From NCBI GenBank assembly GCA_965644315.1, contig CBFFRQ010000069.1, positions 744,001 through 808,000 on the forward strand: DNA of 64,000 bases, in the 5' to 3' direction. The stretch comes from Caecitellus pseudoparvulus (taxonomy: Eukaryota > Protista > Bigyra: Bicosoecida). The position numbers and the translations under genes are program-made. Below the pieces are notes generated by a model. The model saw only the letters and a program-made list of their open reading frames with translations, did not search any database and was not told the origin of the DNA. The first letter of the stretch is position 1; the number at the start of each line of letters is the position of its first letter. Shown here piece by piece: positions 24,601 to 31,424 of this stretch.

Positions 24601-27600
24601 AGAGGGTCATCCATGACTTCTGGCAGGCAGCCCACACTTCGATGACCGTCTGCAGCTCCGCCAAGGCATCGTACAGGGGCTGCACCTGCGTCTTGATGGG
24701 CTTCACGTAGCGGGACGACATGATGGTGTGCAGCATAACGAACGACTCGTCTAGGTTGGTTTGAATGTCATCCCACCCCGTGAGGATGAAGGCAGACCGC
24801 GGTGCGTACTTGAAGGGCTGGGTGGTGAAGGTGACGTCCTCCCACCGCGCCTCCAGTGTGCGCAGCATCTGTAGCAGGATGCGCTCCTGAGTGGCTTCAG
24901 ATGCCACACGAGAGAGCTCCCCAGCCTTGCTCACGACGCCCATGTCCACCAGCTCCCGCAATGTCAGGGCCGTTGCCGCCTGCAAGTCTTGGCCAAACGT
25001 CGTGGTGAGCTGGGCCCAGTGGCGCTCTTCCAGCGCCTCACACCGCAGATCAGCCACGACGGGGATGAGCAGGCGGAAGTGGTTCACCGAGGCCTTGAAT
25101 GCCTCCAACACACCGGTGTCTGCCAGGGCGTCAGCTGCAGCGCGCTCCACTGCAATGGCTGTGCGTACAAACGAAGTGACGACCTCCCCGAAGTCAGCCG
25201 GGTCCAGCGCCCAAACGACACTGTCCAGCAGCTCTTCCCGCTTGGCGTTCCAGTCTGCCACGCCCTGCCACAGCTTCAACTTTGTCCCCACGTCCCGCTC
25301 TAGGTGGTCCAAGGATTCGAAGGGAGTCACTGACAGCTTCAGCGTGCGCTGGTACCGCTGGTACTCGGCTGCTTGCTGCTGCATGGCGGCCACATTGGCG
25401 GCCAAGTCTGTCAGGAATGCAACTGCCTCGGCAGGGTCAGCTTCAGCGTCATACACGATGGGTGCGTCAGCAGTGGTGCGGGTCTCGTTCACCATGGACC
25501 GCAACTTGGGCACCTTCAGGTCCAGCTCCCGTGCGTACAGGCCATTGTTTGCCTCTGCACTGCCCTCCACCTCGTGCATGCGGGTGCGCAGTCGGCTGTA
25601 CTTCTCCTGCATGACCTTCAGCTCCATGGTGGCTTGGTCAGACAGCAGTTGCCCGGATGGGTCTTCCTTCTGCAGGAGGATGAAGAGCTCTGCTACGTAG
25701 GCCTCCCGCTCCCGCCACACGTCCAAGCGGTCAGTCGCCTCACCCCACGCTTCCATGAGGGCCACGTACTGGGATACGTCCTTGACCCCGCGGCCCATCT
25801 TGGCTTCGCTCACGCTCAGCTGAGCCAAAAGCACCTCGTTGCGGTCTTGGGCGATGGGCGGCAGGAGCTCCAGCAGAGTGCTGCAGCACTGCTGTGGCGT
25901 CGGCTGCAAGGCGGCCTTGAGGCCAGAGCTGTCCAGGCGCAGCAGCCCGACGAATTTGTCGGCGGGCATGAGAGCGAGGCGGGCCTCCTGCCGCGCGTGC
26001 TTGGCCAGCATGCGCTGCAGGGTGTGGGGTGTCAGCCCATCCACAGTGTGCCGCATCAGGTGCTGCAGAATGCGCAGGTTGCTGCGTGCTGTCAGGCGGA
26101 ATGGCTGCAGCACGCGGCACGCGTCCCTGGCCTGCTCGAAGGCCGCTTCCAGGCTCTCCAGGATGTCATCACTGACTCGCTGGAACTCTGGGGTCCGCAA
26201 GATGAGGGACTCGACGTCCAGGGAGCCCGGCCGCGGCACTCCCACACCCTCGCCCCCCTCTGGTGATTCGTCGCGCGTCACAGTGTGCAGCGGCTCGAAC
26301 ACTTCGTGGTACACGAGGCGAGTGGAGGAGGCGGAGATGGCTTTCACGGCGGCGGCAATGACCCCTTCCACGCTCTGCTTGAAAGAGGCTGTGCGAGGGT
26401 GGAAGAGTAAGCCAGTGGTGCTGGAGGTGCCTGGCCCGCCCGGCAAGTTGCGCCGCCTCACGGGCAGGTGCTTGGTGAGGAAGTCAGGCACCTCACCCGG
26501 CGTGAACTGGGGCTTGGTATCTTTAGCACGGGGAGATGTGGCGGCCCCAGGCCGGGGGCGGGGCGAGGAAGCCCTTGGCGACCGCTGGCCAGCCTTGGCA
26601 GTGGCAGCCGCGGCCCCTTCCTCCTCTGGCGGAGTCACTGTCAAGGTTGACGGCAGCGTGTATCCAGCTGCCAGCAAGGCTGCCGCCTCCTCTTCGTCAT
26701 CCGACGCCTCTGCGTCATACTCCCTGAGCCACGGCTGGCGCTCCAGCTTGCCTTGCCGCCGGCGGTCCCTGCGCCTCATTTGCTCCGGCGTCTCGGACAT
26801 GAAATCCCGCCGGTGAGGAGGCTTGGCCTGCGCATCCTCGTCGTGGGCGAACTCCCCCATGCCCAAGTCCGCATGCACCTCTACCATGAACAAGGCATGC
26901 ACGTCTGCCACCTCGTCGGCACTGGCGCTGTACCCTCGCGCCGTTGTCAGGGCCTTCAGGCGATACTCAGCAGTGTACCTCTCAGGCAGCATGACGTCCC
27001 GCAGAGCACCCGCACTGCGCACTCCCAGAGACTGCAGAGCATCCAGCATGAGGAAGTCACATGTGCGAACAAAGCGCAGGAGGTGCCGGCTCATCCGGCG
27101 AATGGCAGCCTGTTCGGAGTACGTGATGTGGTGCTGACCGGACAGGCCAGCGACGTCCACGCCGCCTGTGGCGGACTCCACATCCAGCACTGGGACTCGT
27201 TTACCTGCCCTAACGGCAGCAGTGGCTGCTGCCGACGCTTGGCGCCTGGCAGTGGCGGTGGCTTGGTGAGCTGCCCCTGCCGCACCGGGCACCACTCCCG
27301 GCACGGCGGTGCCCGTGCCGTACAGCGTCAGGTCTGCCGAGACACTGTACGGCGCGATGGCGGGGGATGTTCCCCCCGACACAGCGCCTGTGAAGCCGTG
27401 CTCTGTCAGGAAGTCCCGCATGGCCAGGTCACAGGCCCGACGCACCAGCGTGCGCACTTCGTGCGTGAACGTCTGCAGTTCCTCGCTGATGGCGGCACGG
27501 CAGCGCTCCTGTTGAGACACAAACTCTGACAAGGCATAGGTTGTGTTGGGGTCGATGTTGAACAGGTTCATCTTGCTCAGCTTTGTGTCGATCTTCTTCT

Positions 27601-28636
27601 TCAAGGTCTTGAGACAAGCCGACGTGGCCGGCTGCACGATGAACAGGCGCTGCTTGACTCGCTTGCGGGCGGCACGAAGCTTCCGCTGTCTTAGCAGCTT
27701 TGACCACGCCTTGAAGATGCGCCACTTCTTGTACTTCTGGAAGAAAGGCAGCTGCGAGAGCGGGGGGGAGCGGGCGTTGGTGTCGCGGCGACATCGAAAC
27801 GCTCGCAGGCCAGCGCCACGCACTGTCAGGATCGTGTGGAAGAGGAAATACTCCCGCTCAAACTCATCAATAGTCAAGTACTCAATGGTGCCGTCTGGGT
27901 GTGAGAAGGTCAGGCCTGCAGCACTCAGGGTGATGCAGGAGGCTGAGTCCACGGACAAGGGGTCAGCCACCTCCAAGTCGTACATGGAGCCAGCCTTGGG
28001 CTGCAAGTACACAAAGGAGTTGCCTTCCAGGTGGCTGATGTGAAAACTGGGATCCTGTTGCAGGACTTCCATGAACGACGGCAGCGTATGAGCCGCTGCT
28101 TGCTTAGCAGTCAGCAGGGTTGCCTTGCCAACCTTGCCGGGGGCGTTTCCTGCGCCAAACGCCGCACTGCTTGACGGCGGAGAGGGCACCTTGCGCTCCG
28201 CCGCGCCGCCCGCGGAAGCTGCATGCACAGCTGTACCATCCTGTGTACGCAGCCGCCCTCTTCGAGTGGAATGCGTGACTGACGGCGCCTGGGCGCTGTC
28301 TGGGATGGACGCCGGCGGGGCGGTTGGTCGCCGCGAAAGCCCTAAGTAAGACATGCTGGGCGAGGTCATTTTCTTCCCCCGCATGCTGAATGGCAGTGGT
28401 CTCCGCGGGGTCAGCTCATCACCTGGGGCCATTTTCACCTTGCTCATGTTCAAACGAGGCACGGACACGCCCAAAGACGCGGAGCTGGAGCCTGACTCGG
28501 CGGCGCCTGGCTTGCGAGCCGACAGTTGCAGGCGTGACTGCAATGCGCTGCGCTGGGCTGCGTGTGCTCGCCGGTCCTCCTCAGCCCATTCCTCCACAGG
28601 GCCGGGTCGGGGAGAAGAGGGGAACGGCGCAGCCAT
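12650..28636 (-). CDS. Axonemal inner-arm dynein heavy chain (single-headed, DNAH6-like)
   Basis: 5328-codon ORF with FPRFYFLSDGDLL, AAA1 GPAGTGKTESSKDLAKALG and LDEFNRIDIEVLSVIAQ, LSQQRHYDFGMRAVKSVL, AAA3 GSTGTGKS, AAA4 GVSGSGKASL, a stalk coiled coil, RWPLMIDPQGQ, WVLLQNCHL, HINYGGRVTDDWDRR and a C-terminal YKTLARAGTLSTTG. One probable in-frame intron at 27752-27823. Confidence 0.95.
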   Translation of the reverse strand: MAAPFPSSPRPGPVEEWAEEDRRAHAAQRSALQSRLQLSARKPGAAESGSSSASLGVSVPRLNMSKVKMAPGDELTPRRPLPFSMRGKKMTSPSMSYLGLSRRPTAPPASIPDSAQAPSVTHSTRRGRLRTQDGTAVHAASAGGAAERKVPSPPSSSAAFGAGNAPGKVGKATLLTAKQAAAHTLPSFMEVLQQDPSFHISHLEGNSFVYLQPKAGSMYDLEVADPLSVDSASCITLSAAGLTFSHPDGTIEYLTIDEFEREYFLFHTILTVRGAGLRAFRCRRDTNARSPPLSQLPFFQKYKKWRIFKAWSKLLRQRKLRAARKRVKQRLFIVQPATSACLKTLKKKIDTKLSKMNLFNIDPNTTYALSEFVSQQERCRAAISEELQTFTHEVRTLVRRACDLAMRDFLTEHGFTGAVSGGTSPAIAPYSVSADLTLYGTGTAVPGVVPGAAGAAHQATATARRQASAAATAAVRAGKRVPVLDVESATGGVDVAGLSGQHHITYSEQAAIRRMSRHLLRFVRTCDFLMLDALQSLGVRSAGALRDVMLPERYTAEYRLKALTTARGYSASADEVADVHALFMVEVHADLGMGEFAHDEDAQAKPPHRRDFMSETPEQMRRRDRRRQGKLERQPWLREYDAEASDDEEEAAALLAAGYTLPSTLTVTPPEEEGAAAATAKAGQRSPRASSPRPRPGAATSPRAKDTKPQFTPGEVPDFLTKHLPVRRRNLPGGPGTSSTTGLLFHPRTASFKQSVEGVIAAAVKAISASSTRLVYHEVFEPLHTVTRDESPEGGEGVGVPRPGSLDVESLILRTPEFQRVSDDILESLEAAFEQARDACRVLQPFRLTARSNLRILQHLMRHTVDGLTPHTLQRMLAKHARQEARLALMPADKFVGLLRLDSSGLKAALQPTPQQCCSTLLELLPPIAQDRNEVLLAQLSVSEAKMGRGVKDVSQYVALMEAWGEATDRLDVWREREAYVAELFILLQKEDPSGQLLSDQATMELKVMQEKYSRLRTRMHEVEGSAEANNGLYARELDLKVPKLRSMVNETRTTADAPIVYDAEADPAEAVAFLTDLAANVAAMQQQAAEYQRYQRTLKLSVTPFESLDHLERDVGTKLKLWQGVADWNAKREELLDSVVWALDPADFGEVVTSFVRTAIAVERAAADALADTGVLEAFKASVNHFRLLIPVVADLRCEALEERHWAQLTTTFGQDLQAATALTLRELVDMGVVSKAGELSRVASEATQERILLQMLRTLEARWEDVTFTTQPFKYAPRSAFILTGWDDIQTNLDESFVMLHTIMSSRYVKPIKTQVQPLYDALAELQTVIEVWAACQKSWMTLFPIFMAQDIQRNLNTEYTTFKKVDGDFRELTRKVNQTPNARRMCEKTPGLAKDLARYIERLEFVQRGLDSYMESKRRAFPRFYFLSDGDLLHILAAASTNPRAVVQHLLKLFDNIAKLHFHEALGAGYDVLAMESSEGEVVPLGPNLKARDAPEVWLEALEGAMRAAVRKAFSDALVAYPTLSDLTSAHELLSNLEMGTLQRKLRGKDEGRRRRRGRRGRRGRATEAAVEEEASWEVKLARDFSAARAEWAVQGAGGAESLPLPAQAVCAAAQIRFTQGTEAAIQAAAELTAGQDLPVGLAATVLESNKAAQLAGVGGIPSNMDLLPEVSAVLGLATDEASVAEADAEASMRIIPTDPRLALAAWYCTQVRGLEGLTALVRGPLTKLQRKIVVSLLTTEVHNRDIVMQLVKEDVRAISSFSWKQQLRFYWGKTDASATHSTCIVRQSDTDLDYQFEYEGATSRLVITPLTDRCWMTITGAFRLALGANPQGPAGTGKTESSKDLAKALGIQCIVLNCSEQITYANMAKLFSGLAQSAAWSVLDEFNRIDIEVLSVIAQLLLELRTARLSGAATLSFNGGEPMTLRPHMIIPTMNPGYAGRTELPDNLKVFFRPVAMMVPDYALIAEIILFAEGFDAAPNLSRKMVKLYKLSSEQLSQQRHYDFGMRAVKSVLVMAGALKRGNPELPEDVVLIRAMRDSNVPKFLAADLPLFHAIVGDLFPGVEVPDAQEEALKEAIQYQLVEDGRQPRERFVRKVVQLRETLKVRFGVALVGPPSGKTTAYSTLAKAITRVNAAEANWPAMRGPPPTSLVKPPRGQAGEVDALTGEGSGPRWDEWSIVKVKQLNPKSISMGELYGKYDELTQDWSDGLAASIMRAVVSSESQAEHWTVFDGPIDALWIENMNTVLDDNMMLYLANGERVKLKPSMRMLFEVQDLQQASPATVSRLGVVYMTPEDLGWQPVVQSWLSTLLMQTLVPTPPMRHKLWANFKGVVGAALNHMQDGVDHQPVSVSHLSLVTSLCSLVEIMLTALRRAGVPIPDDEQPAVKLVDRVFLWAFVWSFGATATADTWRGFDVFTRGVMKKAGVDLSGLPGTGTVFDCYISTQPPALAQGGVEHGGTFRMWRELVPHFNFEPGLPFHSIIVPTVDTTRYAHVLNYLLLSPRINMDKTESLRQLLPVIARYQAEHHHWKAETARLEEERAAAAELAGLPPPGSAPAARGRRATRPNMKVSVSKASLSSKGAQPDAPRQAVHVDSGRKVVHPWLLPWEEQALRLLTKGAFDPADPSSADQDVPFLPGVVGDWAFDFSWMGINAGGGPLGVAVAPLTMRPVFLTGSTGTGKSVLLSSLLREAAGQDVKVGDDEESSAVAVAVPQAPAAGGASAAAAPSEGKGDDAASVRSWDSQSTVSEASVEGKEEDEAAAAAAAEARAAAAAAEAQSKASALAKAHQGSLLGESAGRHTVPITAIPLTFSAQTSSGGVQAQVQGKLERKRKGRFGAPEGRRAVVFVDDVNMPKPEEYGAQPPIELLRQLADYGGWYDRTSLHWNHLQDTALVVAGAPPGGGRRELSERFMRHCSVLCLPTAGPDVMSAMFSAIVSGFLGTKFSAEVRAAAGSIVSSTIHVYFRCSSELKPTPSKSHYVFNLRDVSRVVQGLLMTSPQQCRSASDVARLWVHEACRVFADRLTTEDDLEWLQGVVVSQLNKSFRLPWTVEGLFGEEATLGAATGRAARAAERAESLEGVGGEAPTSVGGVGPLLFGDWLHPGSDVPAYEDCKNPHKLPALMDGYMEEYNLSSPAPLHLVFFEDAISHVARICRVLAMPRGSALLVGVSGSGKASLTRLAAFISGCDCVSPDMSGSAGQESFREDLKDLLLSAGVEGTPSVLLMGDAQIVNEAILEDLNCLLNSGEIPGLFAQEDQDAIVSRLAEKLDKGAPAPSPDGNMPAGAGGGDPEASGPALPSSPADIERAFIARVRANLHVVLSMSPVGAQLRTRLRQFPSLLNCCTIDWFMPWPRAALISVGERLLAPLTLPSPAEIGGRVGQDGDHAVHMPAPAHPLWHHVVLACVDLHSAVDTFIPQFAAATKRQVYNTPRSYLDLLAAYNRLLGKKYAEERGTLDRLQNGIRTLDNTVEAVTTLQARLGEMQPVLKQRAEETAALVTKVQAEQKVVAGEREKVDAEADIVLSQQQQVEALQAEAQAELDIAMPAMLAAQEAVKQVDPAKLTILRSFNNPPAQIVTLMEAVCVLFEEKPGWDNGKRLMQGVAAGNVHGNFLKDLELYDTRRVTSKMLRKVATYTRLPAMQPSAMETVSSAALSICNWVHAVEKFVLVQQEVAPKERRVAEMNAQLAIANEALQEKQSQLAGVVARVEALQALCAEKQAEKARLESEEARARAQLQRAEKLLSGMASAGARWRVSVKERASTLGQVVGDVLLAAAHVVYSGPFTGEFRGGMQAAWAAAVDSHKLPRSATFSLPDVLATPVEVNNWMISGLPKDDTSIANGLLVTRAQRWPLMIDPQGQGKNWVRTMAGEALEVVDMVSGHAEAKAGVGEAAEPESPRAGGTASSAMLKAHAGRPMNLAQTLEKCVRLGLPLLLEECGTKLPPVMAHVLARTVVRDGAEASIRVGDRLIPYDGNFRLYMCTSEPNPHFLPDTSIRVSLVNFTVTSRGLEEQLLSQAVAKERPDLESTSSQLLMDIAGDRKQLQALEDSVLAQIAEAGEDILDNTALIANLSAAQTKASRVEQRVQATEATAAIVSAARDTYRLLAQRGSLLYSVVTMLASVDPMYQYSLQYFTRLFDLCLTDPSVHGAEAVAAAAAARDAASRGKGAGRPASAASAASGASKRKGAKPASSRKVAASGASTGGHSDASSEAGASAAINVAALTQGIPGLSADGLERRVAEQVDRLSAIVYDNIQRGLFEKDKLLLSLLLACRLLQTSGQVSRREVGLLLRGAGVMNRDEQPLNPSLRYDPDDFLGGEGAMPLTEDEVAALRNPLPPAGWDLICKLTEEVPEFAFLQNHVRDNYHEWALWRLSPAPHEAKLPDDIEGHLSTLQKLLLVKAFAPDKLVFGLGGLVRDTLGEAYLTPAGVSLAQVFTETSPVTPCVFVLSQGADPTQRLLEFAARKGMSARLQVIALGQGQGERAARLIERAAVEGDWVLLQNCHLAKSWLPDLARLLDRHRKAPDALNAEFRLWLTSFPAPYFPASILQHGIKITNEPPKGIRANMQRSFGVLIKPHRLAAFDLPPPRSPRGSRARMPPGSGSRRSLTGDSDASDAGSSEGKEDGKHLRRAGSSKASLKGSKADLSMGLADDGGPTNFMGMAWRRLCVGLSFFHALVQERRKFGALGWNIRYEFSDSDLDTSLQTLQNLLQGAALAAGETASLDALPEYDSEEEGQEGAGDGEPPTPSARADRKFIGSSAVAASPQELYRALQASSEDGTPLPWDALTYVVGHINYGGRVTDDWDRRTLLALLKAVLTPKAVTSTEFLLSDSGKYFIPKDVTASGIAEYLSTLPARDETEVFGMHPNADAAFRLSESDYLLRTALDTGLASQKSGGAAPPSPARRKGRAPGTSTAPTPLGAAAGEGKDSTGSLPPASADAADTEVLRLLNDLGSRVPAPLDVAAVARKVRESTVAAPRAGRSRHRAHHSRRASSAASSGPVRSRRMSAVLLKPAQMAALREGSASRSGAASRVGSQEGRYSSMGASSAASGASAAATATDMAGPAEADALPPNSLLVVLQQEATKFNLLLSTMRESMMALRKVLLGEAAMSDALEAMYAALVHGRVPAVWADVAYPSMRPLASWIADLNRRVQFMDRWIGMGDMREYWLPAFFFPQGFLTAVLQRHARKYQVAINDLEFEFAFYTAAGVVHAGERPGDPRPRAPADDGVMVNGLWLESGQWNDEVQGLADPVPGEVYSALPRMRMLPALKHTTAPGAFVCPVYKTLARAGTLSTTGISTNYVVSVELPSQMPSEHWIWRGTALVLDVMNED

Positions 28637-29047
28637 CCTCCCTTGCTGTGCCGCGTGCAGGGAGCAGTGAGGGCGCAGACTCGCTTGTCGTGTGTGAGCA
28701 AGTGTGGGATGCGTGTGAACTCAGGGTTCAGGATGAAGCCCTTGCACCGTCTCTTTGCGCGCCGGAGTTGCTGTTTTAGGATTCTCCTCTCGGGTTGTAT
28801 GGGTGGATGTCAGAGGGGGGGCCTGGCTGTGTGTGGACGGCCCCTCGAGCAAAGCCAGTCTGTCGTGAAGCCTGCGGTGCAGCACACTCAGCGCCTGGCC
28901 ACTCTACTGACATTGCCTGAACGCTGATGAACTCGTTCTTTTCAAAGTCGTGTGCTCTTCCCTGGCCGCCGGCCCCTGCCGTACCTCCCGTTGGTTTGGG
29001 CAATCAGTGGTGCTACACTTCACCACGCCTTGGGCGGTTTTGCAAGG

Positions 29048-30037
29048 ATGGCTGACCAAGACGATGATGGCTTCTTGTGGGAGGACACCATCGACGAAGA
29101 CTTGCAGCGCAAAGTTCTTGAAACTGCCGATGAAGTTGAAGCGCAGGCCAAAGCCGCAAAAGGCAGCACTTTGACGGCTGCTTTCGAGGCGCGAGTGGCG
29201 CAAGGCAAGGCATCAAAGCACCGCCACGGCAGCGACAGGGGCAGGCAGCAGAGGGACCACAAGCGCGGAGAGCCCAGGCACAGAGGTAGTGCTGGGGATG
29301 GCGTCCACGGCAGACCCAAGCACCGCGGGCAATCGAGGCAGGGCAAGCTTACGGTGAGCGGCGGTGCCCAGCCCAGGCACCAGGCTGCATCGCACCACGG
29401 CAGCGGAGAGAGCCGGAAGCACAAGGGGCACAGGGGGGCTGAGCCCACTGACCGCAGTGTGCGTACCACCAGTGTCAAGGCGCAAGGCATCTCTACGAGC
29501 GTGCCAGTGCTGTCTGACAGCGACTCGGACGGCAGCGCACCCGCAGCCCGAGCGGCGACCAGCAAGTCCCAAGTACCTCGCAGCACCTTGTCTGCCGAAG
29601 AGCGGGCTGCCATGACACCAGCCCAGGCAGCAGCAGCTGCGATGGCGGCAGCAGCTGATCGGATGGAGCGGTTCCAGGCAGCGCAGGCGAAACGTGGGGG
29701 GAAGCCTGCACGGCAGGGGCAGCCGCCCCGAGAGCGCCGGCCTCGTGGCGGCTCTCGTGACGATGCCCACAAGCCCATGGACCAGAGAGCGTACCCAGTG
29801 AAGGCAAAGAAGCTGCCTCGGACAAAGGCGAAGGGGAAGGCAGCGGACCAGTCACCCGAGAAGCCAAAGGCTGCGTCTCCACCTAAACCGGCACTGAATC
29901 TCAAAGAGATGGACACCTCTGTGCCGATCATGTCAGATTCCGATTCAGACAGCAGCGACGGCGGCCACAACGGGTCTGTGGGGGCGGGAGGGGGTGTTGG
30001 AGCAGGCCCGTCCATTGCCAAGGCCGCTGAGGAGTAG
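29048..30037 (+). CDS. Hypothetical basic, low-complexity protein (possibly exon 1 of a larger gene together with 30447-31214)
   Basis: ATG at 29048 (MADQDDDGFLWED...). The ORF is K/R/H-rich and has two PxxSDSDSD motifs. Confidence 0.55.
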   Translation: MADQDDDGFLWEDTIDEDLQRKVLETADEVEAQAKAAKGSTLTAAFEARVAQGKASKHRHGSDRGRQQRDHKRGEPRHRGSAGDGVHGRPKHRGQSRQGKLTVSGGAQPRHQAASHHGSGESRKHKGHRGAEPTDRSVRTTSVKAQGISTSVPVLSDSDSDGSAPAARAATSKSQVPRSTLSAEERAAMTPAQAAAAAMAAAADRMERFQAAQAKRGGKPARQGQPPRERRPRGGSRDDAHKPMDQRAYPVKAKKLPRTKAKGKAADQSPEKPKAASPPKPALNLKEMDTSVPIMSDSDSDSSDGGHNGSVGAGGGVGAGPSIAKAAEE

Positions 30038-30248
30038 TTGCGTGCTCTCCTACTCGCTCTCAAGCTAGCGCCTTTGCTGCACCTCGAGCCGAGAGCCTTT
30101 CCGTCCTATTCTAGTGTCAAGGATCGCGCACAGTGCGTCCGAGTTCGCCAATGTTTGTCACACCTGCGGGGGCGGCGCGTGCCAGCCGCAACTGCCTGGG
30201 ACTTGGAAGCGGTGCTGGACTCGGCGTGGTCACTCCCAAGCCAGTTCT

Positions 30249-30263
30249 GGGGGGGGGGGGGGG
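30249..30263 (+). repeat. G15 homopolymer
   Basis: A run of 15 G is read directly in the non-coding gap. Confidence 0.8.
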
Positions 30264-30446
30264 CTGGCGATGCCAGGCACTTTGCCACGACCATAAATAC
30301 AACTATACATGAACACATGTTCCCCCTCAGGAATTCTCTGACGCTTCAACTCCCCAGTTCACACGCTCACCACTCTGGCCCGACCATTGCCACGCCAACT
30401 CACACACGAGGAACTGCTCGCGCAGACAGGCTCTTGAAGCTCCGCC

Positions 30447-31214
30447 ATGGAGTTTGCGACGTCCAATCCTGCCAACTTTGATTCTGATGATACCGAGTCA
30501 GACTCAGGAGAGCAGCGGCCTGCCGTGCGGCAGTCAGCACCCGAAGCACGAGGCAGTGCTGGCGTTGGTGGCGCAAGTGGTGGAGCTGAAGCCCCAGCAC
30601 AAACAGCTGCCGGGGACGTGACAGCTTCAGGCGTGGCGACTCGTGAACGCTTTGAAGGTGCAACAAGTCAGCCCATCATGTCAGACAGCGACTCCGATGA
30701 GGGAGACGTCGCCGCGGACGAGGCTGCTAGGGCTGTGGTGGAGCGTGTGCAGCACGAGGCCGCACAACATCGCTTGCTGGAGGAGCCCGAGCTGACCATG
30801 GAGGAGGAGCTGCTGATGAATTTGGCAGCCGTCATGGACGAAGATAGAGCTGCTGGGTTCGACTCTGCGGACGAGTTCTTCGAGAGTGTGGGTGGCTCCA
30901 CTCACGCGATTGGCTTTAACCAGGACGGTGGTGCGCAGGCCGCCGCCTTTGACGAGGTTTCCTTCCCGACGGCTTTATTCGGCTCGGAGCCTGGGTGGAG
31001 TCAGAGTGCAGGTGCTGCAGCCCCATCAGGGCCGATGGCGCCGCCCTCTACTTGGGGCTATGCCCCGCCTCCCATGGGATACGCAGCGTGGGGAATCCCG
31101 GCGCCACAGTTCAGCGCTCCCGTCGCAGCCGCCCCACCAGTGGTCACTGCACCAGCCTCGAGACCCCGCAAGCCGTTGGTTTTCAACACCAATGCGAGGC
31201 CGTTCGATGGGTAA
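30447..31214 (+). CDS. Hypothetical acidic protein ending in a PAM2-like motif
   Basis: 255-aa ORF with a PIMSDSDSD motif, an acidic helix, a Pro/Tyr-rich segment and a C-terminal LVFNTNARPFDG. Confidence 0.55.
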   Translation: MEFATSNPANFDSDDTESDSGEQRPAVRQSAPEARGSAGVGGASGGAEAPAQTAAGDVTASGVATRERFEGATSQPIMSDSDSDEGDVAADEAARAVVERVQHEAAQHRLLEEPELTMEEELLMNLAAVMDEDRAAGFDSADEFFESVGGSTHAIGFNQDGGAQAAAFDEVSFPTALFGSEPGWSQSAGAAAPSGPMAPPSTWGYAPPPMGYAAWGIPAPQFSAPVAAAPPVVTAPASRPRKPLVFNTNARPFDG

Positions 31215-31424
31215 ACGATTGTGTGGGCTTGCGCCAACACAGGACGACACGCAGAGCCCATCCCAGGACAATTTTGTACTCACACGGCATCCGTTGCCTT
31301 TCCTAAGCTAATGCACACTTTTCAGCACTGGTCTGTGGGCTGCCCCATCCGTGCCCACACTGCAGCGCTTGTTTCCACGTGCTGTGGCTCCCTCGCAGTC
31401 GCATGCGGCAGGCTTCCACCTTCC

